Origin: Azolla caroliniana
Taxonomy: Eukaryota; Plantae; Polypodiophyta
Length of the DNA stretch: 64,000 bases
Reading direction: 5' to 3'
Assembly (NCBI GenBank): GCA_043228905.1
Contig: JBHGNT010000020.1
Coordinates: forward strand, 1,426,001-1,490,000
Part shown: positions 11,601 through 26,019 of the stretch, piece by piece
Layout: each line of letters starts with the position of its first letter
Position numbering within the stretch: the first letter of the stretch is position 1
Made by a program: the position numbers and the translations under genes
Notes under the pieces: generated by a model
Database searches by the model: none
What the model was told of the DNA's origin: nothing
Seen by the model: the letters and a program-made list of their open reading frames with translations, nothing else

Positions 11601-11963
11601 TGTTCTATGTATAGGATCCATATATTTCACCTTCCAGAGATCCATACAAAAAACCAACATCTGTCTCACATTACAGAGATCTAATTGGAAAGGCATTCTT
11701 TTCTGAGCACAATGACCTTAGAAAACCTTGAAAAAATGACAAATTAGTTAGCAAAAACTAAACATTAACTAGAGAAAATGCATTTAGTAAAAGGAACCAA
11801 TGTGTCACATTACTAAGAAGCTACAACAAAATAACCTTCAAGAAAACCTTGAGAACAATACACAAATGATTGATACAATCTAAGCCCAGTAATAATAAAA
11901 AACAAATACTCAAGAGAAGTAAAAAAAAAAAAAAAAAAATAGGCATTGTGGAAGAAGATTAAC

Positions 11964-12863
11964 CTGAGGAGCTGAATCGAGAAAGTTAGCTAGTTTGGTT
12001 CGATGCAAAGCTTCGCTAATTGCAGCCTCAGCGGCTTTTTTGGCAGCCTCGGCCTCGGCTCTCGCTTCTTCTGCGATTCGGAGGGCAGCAACAGCTCGGG
12101 CCGCAGCCATTCCGGCCGCTAATTCGGCTGCCCTTGCCCTCTCGCTACTCGCCCGCAAACTATCATTGCGAAAGCACAGAGGGACATACCCTACGGGTGC
12201 TTCCTCATCCCCATTTCCTTCATTTAGGGCAACATTTCCTCCATTTAGGGCAACATTTCCTCCATTTAGGGCAGCATTTCCTCCATTTAGGGCAGCAATT
12301 CCTCCATTTAGGGCAACATTTCCTCCATTTAGGGCAGCATTTCCTCCATTTAGGGCAGCATTTCCTTCAGTTTGGGTCTCACTTTCTTCATGTTGGGCAT
12401 CGTTTCGTTCCCCATCAACAAGTTTTCCGCATGATTTAGCAAGACATATCGGAAGCTTACCTGGTTCTTTACACGCGCTTTCCATGCTCACTTCTTCTCC
12501 TCCTCCTCCTCCTCCTCCTCCTTCATTCAGAAAGTAATACCTTGTGGAAGAAGAAGAAGAAGAAGAAGTATATTCTTCTTCTACTAAGACTCGGAGAGCT
12601 ACTGCTTCTGCAAGGGCAGCTCCTTCTTCATCGAGCCGTTGTTCTTCTTCTTTACGCCTCTGTTTCTTCTTCTCCAGTTCAATTCTGATGGCAGCAGCAG
12701 TAGCCAATGCTTTCTCAAGTCTTCTCTTCTTCTTCTCCACTTGTTTCTGGCGATCTCTTTCCTCTTTCGCTTGCTTCTTCTTCTCCTTCCGAGAGTTCGA
12801 CCTCGCTGTGGTGGAGAGGTTCTCCGCAGAAACTGATGCCGAAGCTGAAGTAGCCGAATGCAT
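11964..12863 (-). CDS. Host gene, main coding exon: uncharacterised plant protein with a basic coiled-coil N-terminus (~384 aa in total)
   Basis: ATG at 12863; CAG|GTTAAT donor at 11964/11963. The blocks EKKKRRLEKALATAAAIRIELEKKK...RLDEEGAALAEAVAL and AAARAVAALRIAEE resemble a conserved uncharacterised land-plant family (recalled, not searched). No TE motifs. Confidence 0.85.
12212..12368 (-). repeat. Coding minisatellite, 7 x 21 bp, encoding N(A/V)ALNGG
   Basis: CATTTCCTCCATTTAGGGCA(A/G) repeated in frame. Confidence 0.95.
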
Positions 12864-12869
12864 CAGGAT

Positions 12870-13830
12870 GAGAATTTTAGGGTTTCCCTCTTATAAATGC
12901 GTACAAAAAGCAGACAAGAAAAGGCAGGGTTTGGCTTTTCTCAGAGAGCAGAAAAGGCAAGATTAAGCCCAGTTGCAGAAAGGCAAAGCTTAGGGCTTCA
13001 ATCACCGCACAGGAAAGAATCCAGGTTAGGGTTTTACCCCACACAATGCCATGACAGTTTTTTACATAGGGGAAAACATAAGATCAGATCCTGAACACAA
13101 ATGGCAAGGATGGGAATTGGAAGCAGGAAATGTGAGATCAGGGTTTCACCCAGCTAAGATTCTGAATAAAATGGAAGATTAGGGTTTTACATAATGGAAG
13201 AGCAGAATTTGTTTTTATTTCTTTTTAACGATTTTACAAAGAGAACAGAAAAGATTTGAGCAGTGCACAGAAATGGAAAATTTAGGACTTCATTCGGAGA
13301 GCAGAAAATGCAGGCTTTTAAGGTTTGACAGTAAAAAAGAGAGATTGCAGCTTTACCAGCAAGCGGAAAATGCCAGATTAGAGGTTTTATGAAGTGAAAA
13401 GAAAATGCGCGATTAGGGTTTTTTTAAACGTTAACCAGAAAGAGGAATTACGGCTTTTAACATAAAAAGGGAAAAAATACGATAACATCAGAGACCCATT
13501 CAATATGATCTGCACCAATTCCCGTTATCAAGTAAACAACTACGGCAAATTTTAGGGTTTGTTCAGAAACAAGTCCATTGATCTGCAGAGAGAACGGGTG
13601 GTTACCCAGAGGAGGCAAAATGCAAAACTAGGGTTTACTCAAAGAACAAGAAAGGAAAAGAGAGAAAAAAAAAGAGAAAAAAGGTTTCAAGAGAGATCCA
13701 TCCATCGATCTGTCTGCACCAGAACTAGGGTTGTCCATGGAGCAATAGCGAGGGATTAGGGTTATCCAATGAGAAGGAAATGGAGTAAAAGAAGGTAGGG
13801 TTTCAGAGAGCAGAACCCCAGGTATCCATG
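12870..13830 (-). promoter_or_regulatory. Probable 5' UTR and leader intron of the host gene, rich in telo-boxes (AAACCCTA)
   Basis: Many TAGGGTTT motifs on + (~12878, 13028, 13180, 13415, 13553, 13629, 13796). The sense strand is T-rich, with a candidate acceptor AG at ~12891. Confidence 0.5.
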
Positions 13831-13848
13831 GAGTGAGAAATTGCAGAA

Positions 13849-14345
13849 GCTCTCTCTCTCTCTCTCTCTTTCACTCTCTTTCTCTTTCAATCTCTGTCTG
13901 TCTGTCTGTCTGTCTGTCTGTTTCTTCTGTATGTTTGTTATGTGTCTGCTTGGATCAAATCAAATCAAAGAAGAAGAAGAAGAAGAAGAAGAAGAAGAAG
14001 CAGAAGAAGAAGAATGGAGTGAGAAATTGCTTTTTGGTAACAATCAGGAATTCCATTATTTTCATATGCTTTTTTGACTGAACTTTCCCAAATTCACACA
14101 TAGATTTAGCAGGCGGAGGCTTCTGAGTACTCACATAACATACATCCATACATACATACATACATACATACATACATACATACATACATACATACATACA
14201 CACATACATACATGCATACACACATACATACACACATGCATACATACATACACACATACAATACATACATACCATACATACATACATTACATACCTACAT
14301 ACATACATATACACACATACATGCATACATACATACATACATACA
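13849..14345. repeat. Microsatellite cluster (CT)n, (TCTG)n, (GAA)n, (TACA)n upstream of the host gene
   Basis: Directly visible. Confidence 0.95.
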
Positions 14346-17249
14346 AAAAAGACCTCATAGATTATCCAAACATCCATACACGACCAAGAACCGTCACTCT
14401 CTCGTTGACATATTGCGTAGTAGTACGAACGACTGTATATCACATCTGGAAGGCTCGGTGCTCTCTCGTTTTCCAATCAACTTAAAACACATCACCCCGG
14501 CTGAATTGGTTTCAAAGTGTTTGGTTAGACATAGTTCATACTTTGAAGGGGGGACAATGGGATGGTATAGATGGAGATTCTGATGCTAAAGTTGCTCAAC
14601 GGCATGAGTTTCTTATCGTCTCGACAACTACTCCATTCATGACACCCAATTACGGCACTCTTTATTGGCATTTTCAACCTCCGAAATGGTTGTTTCCCCC
14701 CGTCGATCACATAGAGTTTAAAATCTTGTAAAATGTTTACACTAATGACAGGATATCTTCTTTGGGAAAAATCTCACCCCAACTTTCCGGCACCTATATC
14801 CATACACACTCCCGATCGAGGTCCTCTTCATTTTCCCGTGTGTCTCCTAACCCCACCCCACACTCTCCCGCCCTGCCCTGTCTTGCCCTGCCTTGCCGTG
14901 CTAGTGCCTTTTGGTCATCACTACTTAACTTACCCCTTGCCAAAACCAAAACTTGCAAGCACGACGTTGTAGCATTCGTTCACCCAGATGAGACGTTAAA
15001 GAAAGTAGAGCAAATGTAGAAAAAGAAGCCAAAAGAGTATTTCGTTTTGTGACCCGTGCATGTGACAAATAGGGCTAAAACAAAAAAGGTTTGGTCCCCA
15101 CTAGAAAACTCTCCGAAAGACGTGATGGAATTTCCTCTTTGCCTATGTTAAAGTAGGCTTTTTACATTCTATAAAGCACCATTCTAGGATGCAAGTTCAC
15201 ATAGAATGGGGACTTTTCTTCTCAGTTTCCTTACATGCTTGAGGATGCATGGCCCATGCATGGTACACACGATGGAGCCACATAGAGGACATATGATGTC
15301 TTCATTGTGAAACGTTTTTTATCATAAAAGATATCCATTCATTAGTATAAAGAAGTATGCATAAAGATGTGATTCTCAAGTGATTGGCAAATGGAACAAC
15401 CATCTTGGTGACTGAAAATACCAAAAAAGGGCTACCATATTTGAAGGACAAAAGTCCCTTTAGAGACTAATAAATTGCATATGCTGATCAATTTTAGCAT
15501 ATGAATCCCTAATCAAACCATCCCATTGTCCCTTAAAGTATGGACCGTAGCCAAATGTTATGCACCATTTCAGCTAGCGAGACCTTAACTTGATGAACAT
15601 ATGGTGGTGCTACTCCATAATTCCCTTAATGGTTGCATCGCCTTCCTTCTTCCTTAAAACTATACCATCACAAAAGGAACTATACGAACCATTCCGAAGA
15701 AACTACTAAAAGCATCATCCAGAGACTCAAGATCGTAATGGAATAGAGAGCGGATAAGTGATGTCCAAATCATCATTACCCCATGTGAATAACTATGGTA
15801 AGATTCTTAACAGACGTTTCCATACTAATTAAATAGTCACTTAGGCAATGTTTTTGTATTTTTCTTGCAAATAGCACTAACCACAATTAGAGGATATACC
15901 CATTTTGTGTAGCCATGTACCGAACATGCAAGGCTTTATGCACAAGCAACCACACTACACATGAAGTATTTGACGTGATTTTTTACTTTCCCATAACTTG
16001 CCCCAAAACTTAGAAAGAAACTTTGGAGTAAGATTTGTTGACACTAGTATTGAAATGTCGTTAATGAAATGTCCCATCAACTAGACAATACATGTCTACC
16101 TAATTGCACAAAATGTCGGAAACTTTTGAATTTGTTGCCAAAAAATGGATCTGTCCATGATTGATCAGATTGCGACTACTTACAATACACCCACAATTTC
16201 CAATGTGACTTATGTCCTTTGCCATCAGGTTCATATACCATTTGCGATCAACATATCTTATAACTCTTATTTTGTTTTGTATAGCACAAGGATAATACAT
16301 GGTTGCTTCCATTGAAGGAGACAATTGACTTGTATTATCCACATCAAAAGAGCAAAAGGTCCTATCTTAGAAGTAACCCTTTACAGTAAGGATTACTTCC
16401 ATATGAGGCAAAGCTAAAGGGTGGTATGGCGGCTCTATTTATAGCTTGAATTTGCCGATGCATTATTTTTTAGTGAATCATGGCTGGTACATACTATTGT
16501 TCTTGCTAGGGTCGTGATTGAAAATTTTACCAAAGTCCTAACCTAGTTAGTAGGACCTTCTATCATTTTCCCCCACGCCAACCATTGTTTAGAATCATCT
16601 GTTGTTATAAAATATGAATTCCAAATCAGACTCAACTTTAATGGTCATAATATCTAGTAGGTTCATTGTGGAGCAATCCCAAAAAGACTTGCTTCCATGT
16701 AAAACAAATAGCTCAAATAAATCTCTCCTCCCATGATGAGATGATGATATTCGAAAATTTTCCTTAAACATCCATCATGCATCCCTTCGCCAAGGTGCAC
16801 CTAGCTTAGATAACATTTATAATAGAGATTCGTGAAAAATAATTTCCATATCTCCTAACTAGTAGTAAATCATCAAATAATAAACTTCACCAACAATGCT
16901 CGGGTCTGGACTACTAGATGAAGTCCTCCTTTGGTTCAAGGTAAGGTAATTGCATCCCATTTATCTTTGGATTGAGCACAAGACCACAAGAAGTTTCGTA
17001 TCAATCTTCGTATTCTCATAATACATGATTTTGAAAAGATCTAACAAGACAACACATACCATGTTGATGTCGACGATATTTGGTTTGTAACTATAACTCG
17101 TCCTACATAAGAAAGCGCAACTAAAGTCCATAACAACATTTTTTATCTTAGCATTATTAACCAGGGTCCACTTGAGTCTTAGATGATAAATCAACCTAAA
17201 TAGTGAATTGGGGTACATCATGATATCCATTGAAATTGAGGATGTAGTT

Positions 17250-17900
17250 CCCATTATGGAGGGTCCTCATCCCAAACCCAAACTGTCATCAATTTGTTCA
17301 TGTTAACAATCAGACTAGAAGCCTTGTAAAATGTAAAGAGGGCCAATTCAACTTTATTTAGATTATTCAAATGACTATGCTAGTATAAGACTATTTCATC
17401 AATAAAATCCACTTCTCATAACTCTACATTTCAAAATGAGATAGTCAATTCGCATATACCAATGTCATCAACAGTCAAGTAGGAAATCATTGCCTTAGCA
17501 ATATAATGAAATTGAAAAGGAGCCAAAGGGCATCCTTGTCTAATGGACCGTGAGATGGTAAAGAAAGAACCATAGTCCCTACCAAAAGAACTAGCTTTGT
17601 GCTATACAATATAAGGAGGCAATGCTTGTAATCAGCTCCTGAGAGAAACCAAAATTAGCCATTGTAGCTATAGCAGCTAATTCCTAAAATGTATAGACAT
17701 TATCCAATATACATCGTTCATTCATGAACCCCTTCTAGGATGGATATGTGATTGTAGGTAAGAAGACATATAGGAAGTAATTTAGCTGTGATATTATGAA
17801 CTACGTCGAGTATTGTAATAGGGCACCATTTTGATATCAAGTGAAGGATCTCAGACTTAGTTGTTACGCACAACAAGTCATTAATATTTACAAAACATAA
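17250..17900 (-). pseudogene. Degenerate L1 LINE reverse transcriptase (the element probably extends further both ways)
   Basis: The minus strand gives, in order, WCPITILDVVHNITAK (WRPITLLN..YKI.AK), HIHP..KGFMNERCILDNV, FTISRSIRQGCPLAPF (17500-17560) and EVDFIDEIVLY (decayed FADD). Confidence 0.8.
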
Positions 17901-18009
17901 GTGAAGGGTATGTTCACTAATGTTAGGAAGGGACTAATATGATTGGATGGAAGAAATGATAGGTGCATGCACTATCGCGATCTTTACAAGTACAATCCAT
18001 GTCCATACA

Positions 18010-18141
18010 TGGTGGTATGGGACACTGGTGGGGGACTTGGATACGTTTCTCCCCTTCATTAGGGGATGGCTGGGTGGACTGGTGCCCTTTCTTCCTTATT
18101 TGCTTCTTTAATTTTCCTTAAAGTTAATTAAGATTCTAACA
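18010..18141 (+). repeat. 3' fragment of a Gypsy E-related LTR
   Basis: GGTGGTATGGGAC...CCCTTC...GGGTGGA...TTCTAACA, similar to 29248-29378 and 59820-59958. Confidence 0.6.
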
Positions 18142-21100
18142 ACTACCATGGACAACCATAGACACAATTTGGGGACCAATTAAAATGCATAAGGTAAAAA
18201 ATATTGACGCTTATGAATAGCTCGTGGTATGTATGCTTGGTGCTACCTACACTACCGATCTAATGGAGGATAGCTAGCTCAATTACACGCAAGGATATTT
18301 CTAAACCTCACTCATTTGAATGAAATTTACTCATACCATGATGTTTATTGCGTCTAAGACTCAATGATATATAGGCCTAATATATGATAGTAGAGTCTTA
18401 CATAGACATAGAATGTCTTATCGATACATTCTATATAAACAAAGATAAAAAGATGCAATGAAGAATATTGACTTCATCTCCATTAAATTGTCACATAAGC
18501 TCTTTGAAAGATCATAACCTAATCTTGTCTTTCTAACTCAGCAATATCAAATAGCTTGTAATCTATTATAAGTACCTTGATCATCACAATAAAAAAAACC
18601 ACGAGAGTAATATGCTAGAAGTATATAGGAAAAAAAGCCACAAATATAGTAATCAAAAGTATAATTACCTATACAAGGCATATATTGATCTCATTAATCA
18701 TAACATTGAACACATTCTCTACAATATAAAAATTCCAATGAGAAGAGGTAAAAGTTATGATTCTTATTCCTTGTAAAAAAACTCAATATATCATAAACTT
18801 TAGTCAATAAAGATATGAAAATAAAATCTAATATAAGGCCCCACAATATGCAACCGTTGTTTATATATACTATATATGATGACAATACAAATCATTATTT
18901 CTAGATTCACGAAATTCTAACATTTGAATTGTTGATAATTGGTTTGATATTGTGTTTTAGAATTGGTGCTTTTAGTTTGAGGTCATGCAACTAAAACTTT
19001 GCTCATAAAAGTGACCATATAACATTGTATAGTCCTTACATCCATCCTACGACACGAGAGTGATTGTAGTTCCACATGAAAAACATTGCGAATAAACATT
19101 ATCTTCACAAAAAATAGCAAAATGTTTCCATGTGTAATGGCCGCAAAAAGGGGAAACACAATTTACTTTGCATTACATTTAGTTGTTTGTTGGTCATAGA
19201 ATCCAAAAGATCCAATATTGGTCGTTTGTTGTAACTTATAAATCAAGTCGACCAAGGCAATTCTTATAAATAAAAGTATAGATATGTACGCTACTTAATT
19301 TAGAATATTAGAGCCCAATATTGTAAATGAGCCCCATTTAGGAGGCTCAATGACTAAGCATAATTAGGTTAGGTAAGTAAAGAACGAAGCTCCAATGTAC
19401 TTTTCCTTTTGTAATTTATATAAATTGTGTAAGAATATCATTCTTGGCAAGAGAGAGGAAGTGAAAGTAATGATATTGTCCCATGCACTATTTGTGGGTA
19501 CCTTGTCTCTATTTCATCATCTACCTACTTATAAGTTTTGGTTTTCCAATTGAGTAGTACACGAGATATGATCACATGGTAAAGCTTAACAATGGCATCC
19601 CCTTTGGTCACATGCTAGTAATGTGATTCCATTACATATTCCTCTATGGGCAATGGTGTTGTATGTTCTTCTTTAGTATGATTAGTTTGTGGTTTGCATC
19701 ATGGTGTTGAGCTCTTTGGCAAACCCTCATGTATTAAATAAAGGATTTGGGCAATGTATTGTTTATTTACATGTGCCTTTGGGCTAGTGGAGATTAGGAA
19801 ATCAATGTCAGTGACAATCATTATTGAAACCCACGAGCAGAGAGCATGTAAAGAGAGTGGGGGAAGCAAAAATAGCATCCTCGTCAACGCAACATGTTTT
19901 TATGGGGTACATATCATTGGGGGTTTGCTAATGCTTGCACCCAATTCACGTAGGAGGAGGTGGAGGCAATGAAGTTAGCCTTATTTCAATTGACACTCAA
20001 GGTTCGGGGCCAAGAGTAAGCAATTGTTCTCTTGTTAGAATTTTTGGGATCATGGTTGGGTGGCAAACGAGGAGGTTTGTTTTGTCCATGAGGGGGCGTC
20101 TTTCTTGCTCGTGAACCTTTTGAGTGTATACTTGGATCCTAAAGGTCTTGTTCACTTTGTGAATGTAGATTGTGTCATTGATGAAGTCCATGATCAGTCA
20201 CTAGATTGATATAACACAAATTCAACTATGAAATTTGAGTAGGAGTCCTACCTTATGTTTGTGTTTTCCACGTGATTGGTTCTTGAAAAGTTACTTAATT
20301 TGTTGTTAGAGTTAGAAATTGTGAACACCTTGAAGTTCTTCATAGCTCTATTTGTGAAATCAACGATTGGGGCATCCATTTTACTTGAGTCCCATAGATC
20401 ACCTTCACAATAATTACAACATCAACATATAAAAAGCCATTGTCAAGCTTTGAACTATCTAAAATAATAACCACCTTCTGAAAAGTAAGTAGTAATTTAG
20501 ACACAACTATATTTAGTTAAAACTTAGTAAATGATTTGATAGAAAAAGATAAAAATAATTCTCAAACACCAACAAGGCATTGCATGCTAAAGCATAAAGT
20601 GAATTGCATACACCATATAAAAAAGTTTGGATGTCCTCACAAAATCACCTTATTGAATCCACAATTTACATACATATACATGGTGGTGTGTCAAAGTTTA
20701 ACAACTTTGAGGTAAGTGAAAATGTTTGTTGAGTAGGTTTAATATTGTATTAAGTTGAGTATATAAACTCTTCACAAGCTCTAGTTTGAAATCATGGATA
20801 ATTTAAACTTGCAATGGATTTACAGCATGTGTGAAAAAATAATAATTTTGCCCTTTAAAATGACATGGCCAATGGTTGCCAAACTTTGAAGGGAATCATG
20901 TTAAGTTAATGGCCACTTTTGCCATCAAAATAAAACCAGGGAATTCCTTATATATATATTAGAAAGAAAAACATACCTTCAACTTGAGGTAAACCTCAAC
21001 CCACACAAAAAATTTACTCCTAGAAAAAAGGTTTTTTAACATGTGTGAAAACAAGAACATTGCCCTTCAAAAGATATATCATTACCTATGAGCCAAAGAC

Positions 21101-23213
21101 ATACAATTGTTTATCCACGAGCCAATGTGACAATTGTGTCACAATGCTTACTTCATTAACTTGATCAGTAGATGTAGGTAGCCATACCCTAACAAACAAA
21201 AATAGCTTGATAAACGACTAGCGCAAACAAAAAATTAAGATTATTAAATTCATCAATATTTGAGCTTTTTAGCTACAAAAAAATAACAGCTCATTAATTC
21301 AATTGCAAGGAAGCAAATTTATCTCATCAACTACGTGAATAATTTCATTACCGAACAATGCTACCATGGCTTCAAAGTTAAACAACTAAGATACAACAAT
21401 ATTTCTAGTATGGATGACGTAAACCACAAGTTACCTTTAATATTTGATTGTATCAAGGAAGAATCTATTATTGCCAAGAGTAAAAAGTGCTTGCAAAAAA
21501 AACAATATGCATCTTGCAACAATCTTTATCCACTTAACAATATCGAGTAATGATATATATCTATAAACCTATATGTGATGGGCAATCTCTCACAAGAAGT
21601 TTACCAAGAGTTTTTCAGATGTCATAGAAATCATGTTGTAGTGGATTTTGTGCTTTGAATGATTGCCTTCGAGTCTATAGTGATGAGATTGAGTTTGCAT
21701 TGTTTACCAAAACATTTTTGAGGTCATGCATAATCCTTGTTTGTTCATTTGAAATTAGCTTTACATTGCTTTGAAATTGGCTTTACATTGCTTTAAAACA
21801 TTCTCCAGAATAGAAAGATAACATGGAGTGGTGGAAAGTTGGAAAACCAAAATATGTTTCTAGAGATAACCAACTTCATGCCTACATATCAAACTAGCGG
21901 AACTTCTTGCATTCACATTGATATGAACATTTTGAGAAGCCACTTCCCACAATAGGGGTAAACCCTAAGTTTTGGGACCCCTACTTTGCTACCTTCCTCT
22001 TTTGGATGAGCTTTAAAGATGCTATTGATAAGATCAAAATCACATTATAAAAGTTATAAAAGTCAAATTAGCACGGACGACATAAACCTTAAGCAATAAC
22101 ATCTACTCATTTCTTAAATAATCTCTACTTATAAGCATAAAAAGTTTATTGAAAATTTTCCGAATCCATAACATGAGTCATATAGCTTGTTCCTTCACAA
22201 ATAATGATAATGAGGTTTCACATGTTTATCAAGTGATGGTTTATATATCTATTAAATATTAAACCAAATTTGGTTTCCAACATAAATGTGGCCTTAAATA
22301 AAAAAGTTTAATAGTTTCTATAGCAACTAGGACACAATCAACAAAAAGGGTGAAAAATGATTCCCTTGCAATAGGGCACACAATCGTGCTTAGTCTCTCA
22401 CCCACTATTGACATATTTACTTGTAAGGACAAATTTAAGCACGTTTTTAAACTTAAGAAATAAATTTAGTTGCTTGAGACCAAGTTCCATCGAAAAAGGG
22501 GTATTTTGGATGATAATGTACATACAACCACTAAATAGATTTGAGGAATTGATCAAAAGAAAGTTTACAAGGAAAGCAAGGGTATGTATACTATTGGGTG
22601 ATATTTTGTTTGCATGACAAATATATTTACTTCAACACATAATTTAGTGCCTAAGACGGGAATGAGTTATTGGATAAGGTGTTTCAAAGTGGTGGCATGT
22701 ATACCTAAGAAGGGAACACCCATGGTCACCCTCTCAAAATCATGATATTATAATGTAATTTATTCTCAATTGGTGTCACGTTGTGAGGTTGGCCTGAGTT
22801 AGATAGAATTAGTGCTTAGAATGCTACTCAAATAAGAGATTGTTTCATCACACACCTTGATTAATTGTTTTGTAAGAAATTTGGAATCTTCTTGAAAGGT
22901 AAGAAGCAAATTCTTCACATCACTGCATACATTATGCCAAAATTCATCAATCGATGTCTCTTCATCCCCAGGAATGTCAATTGCAAGATCGGTGAAGGTT
23001 TTCTATGAAACGCAAGCTACAATGATTTTCTTGTTGTAATTTGGAAATCTTGTTAATATCATTATCACATTATCTATGTTTCCAACTTGTGGTTGTGATT
23101 CCTCAAAATTGTTATAACCATAATCTTAGGGGCTAATTTTAATGGTTTAAGGGTAGAATAAGTGGGAAACATATTACCCTAGGAATTAGGACAAACCCAT
23201 AAGTACCTACGAC

Positions 23214-25087
23214 TAGTGTTTGGCAAAGTTTCTAGTCCCTACCGGAAATTTTCCTGTTGCTTATGATCCTAACCGGAAATTAAAAATTTTAACTGGCCAC
23301 TTTCCTACGAGTGATAATGTCAATCGGAACATGTTCAAATTTTATTTTTTTGGGACATAGCAATTTTTTTTTGGCACATCCAATTATATTAAACTGATGA
23401 AACATCTTAATCAAATTCACAAGCTTTTATCGCATTATGTTTTCTTAATGAACCATTTACCGTCGTGATGGCCAAAGACTTGATTTTGAGGGTCGATATT
23501 GGATGTCATTGGCAACGCACAAATATTTCAAACTTCAATACTATTCAAAGCTCGTCTATATCTAAGTTGTTTACAATGTTTAGATAAATTTCTAGGAAAT
23601 TAGTCTCTCCTATCCAAGCAAAAAATCATGGCATTTGGTACTTTGGTTATCCATACTCAAAATCAGAATGTTTGAAAAGCTTTTGTTTATCCAATAATGG
23701 TTGTTTAAGGCCTATCAATTGTTTCCTGGCCTTATTTAGTTTGTCTATCAATCATTCTGGCTTTGTGAATTCATTGAGCTTTGCAATGGGAAAAAGGAAC
23801 AAACCATACTTTTATATAGCTTTGAGCAACCACCGACATTGCAAATTAGCATATGTTTTGTATCCATAAAACCAAAAGTATTACAACCATACATTGTTTT
23901 GGATGAACTTAGCCTGTTGTGCAAATTTCAATGTGCTCATGTCTCATTGGCACACCTGTAATAAAAAGAGGTTACCAATGTTAGCCCTCTTACAACAAAT
24001 CAACAAGTTTGAGGTTGGTAATAACCATCAACAGGTTTTTGTGCCAGTTTGTAAGGTTGAACAAAATTGTTAAACAAGATTTCTTGCTAGACTTACAAGA
24101 TAGATGGGTTCACTATAGCAATAATGGTAGTTTTCGAGTTACCACCCAAGGAATCTTGTATTAAAAATCTCTCCTTGAATTATCATCAACTTACCAAAGG
24201 ACTGCCAAACTGAGATGTGTGTGTGTATCCATGTTGTGTCTATGGGTAGCTTAGCTTAGGTAATAACAAAAAGGACATCTAACAAAGGGAATGGTATCGC
24301 AATGTTGCATTATACTACATATAGTGTGGTAGAATTTACACATCAAGAAACTCAACAATTTCCCTTACACGAATCCATCCCTGTTATCATCACCATCACC
24401 TTCTTCTTTCTCTCCTTCTTCATATTTAGGTTGTTATGCATATGTATATATGTACACAAAAGCCTACCATATCCAATAATAGTGGAAGGCAACTAAAACG
24501 GGGTTCTGTGTGTGTGTTTTCTAAAAAAAAATATACAGAGAATAGTTATTAACTAAATTAACACTAATTAATTGAATAATGCATCATACCCTACCTCCAC
24601 AGTTTTTTCTTCTTCATAACCAATAGAGGATTTGTCAGCATCTATCAGGTTGCCATCAAATGTTTAGATTTATGTCAATATTTGTACACAAGTCATAATA
24701 TATGAGATTACCTGTGTATGGATTGTCAAGTCTCGATTCTCGATTCTCGAGTCGAAGGCACTGGCAAACGAGAAGAGGTAATACAAACAAACAGGAAAAG
24801 AGAGGGAAAAGATGAGAAAGAGGGATTCGAGCGTTGGGGCAGAGGGGGGAAACAGATAGGGGAAAACACACTGAAAGAGGGGGAAAGAGTGAACTTAGGT
24901 TTTTTTTAACATTCTTTAAAATAAAAAAAATGCATAAATAGCCGGTACAAAAATATTAACTAGCTATATTCCGGTTTTGGGGAAATTCTAGCCGGAATAA
25001 GTTCCGGCTACCCCCCCAACCTTAACCAACAAATGTCCCAACCCAACCGGAACGCTGACACTATTCCTGGAACTTTGCCCAACATTG
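23214..25087 (-). mobile_element. Non-autonomous hAT DNA transposon (internal deletion derivative)
   Basis: TIRs TAGTGTTTGGCAAAGTTTCTAG and (rc) CAATGTTGGGCAAAGTTCCAGG. The 8-bp TSD copies are CCTACGAC (23206-23213) and CTTATGAC (25088-25095), differing by two C>T. Subterminal CCGGAA motifs. Orientation is tentative. Confidence 0.8.
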
Positions 25088-26019
25088 CTTATGACACATT
25101 TAGAGCAAATGGTGGTTTTGGGGAGTAAAAGGTATTGTGTTGTATAAATGGGACTACTTACCCTCTTCACTATGATAGCTTAAGATGATGTCAAGACTCT
25201 ATTGGTGTTGCAAAGCTCTTCTCTTTTGGATCCACTCTATTTCTACTTCCAAGGTATATATAAAGTAATATTTGGTAGTATAGCACACTAATGGTATTTT
25301 ATATTCATCTCTCCTCATTTTCTCGGGGTGGTTAGTGTGGTTAAGCACCCTTAAATCTTTTCATAGTTTTCAATTCATAATATTTGGCATCATAATATCA
25401 TTTATATGGAGAATGTTTTGTTGTCATAATAGTCCAAAAGTCTTAAAAATATTTTTGCGATCAACATGATCTTGTTGGTCGTCAATGTCGTCAATGTCGT
25501 CAATGTAGATGGGCAAATCTTAGTGAAGACTTCGAATTTTCCTTTCTTTATCGCAAAGATTCAATGAAAATTGTGTTGATTCTATTACTCATATTCATAC
25601 AATCAACATGTTCACCATCATTGAATTTAAAATATGATTCTTTTTATCAACTTCAAGGGAAATACCTTGATGCAATTTCTTTAAAAGATATTAAATGAGA
25701 GTTGAATTTGGTAAAGAGGCCTCTAAAATCACCACCCTTTGGAAGTCGACCTTTCACTTTCTATGGTGTGCTCTAAACCTAATGGAAAGCTTTATGTTCT
25801 AGATCTCCCTAAGCTCAAAAAGCAAATGTGTTTCATGTGTCATGATACACTCTCAATTGGGCACCCCGAATAAATTGAACACTAATTCCAATCTCATCCT
25901 AAAAGAGGACCTTATTGCCTCTTTTAAGAGTAACTATTGATAAGTTTTGTTTCCTTGTTGATTAGGGCAAAGTTGTCAGAGTCGCACACGAGGATGTCAC
26001 ACAAATCACAATCTAACAT

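Noticed and set aside
11910-11963. C-terminal VNLLPQCLFFFFFFYFS of the 317-aa ORF
   Set aside because: This is read-through into the intron after the CAG|GT donor.
13833-14583. ORFs with poly-K, poly-E and MYVC repeats
   Set aside because: They are microsatellite translations.
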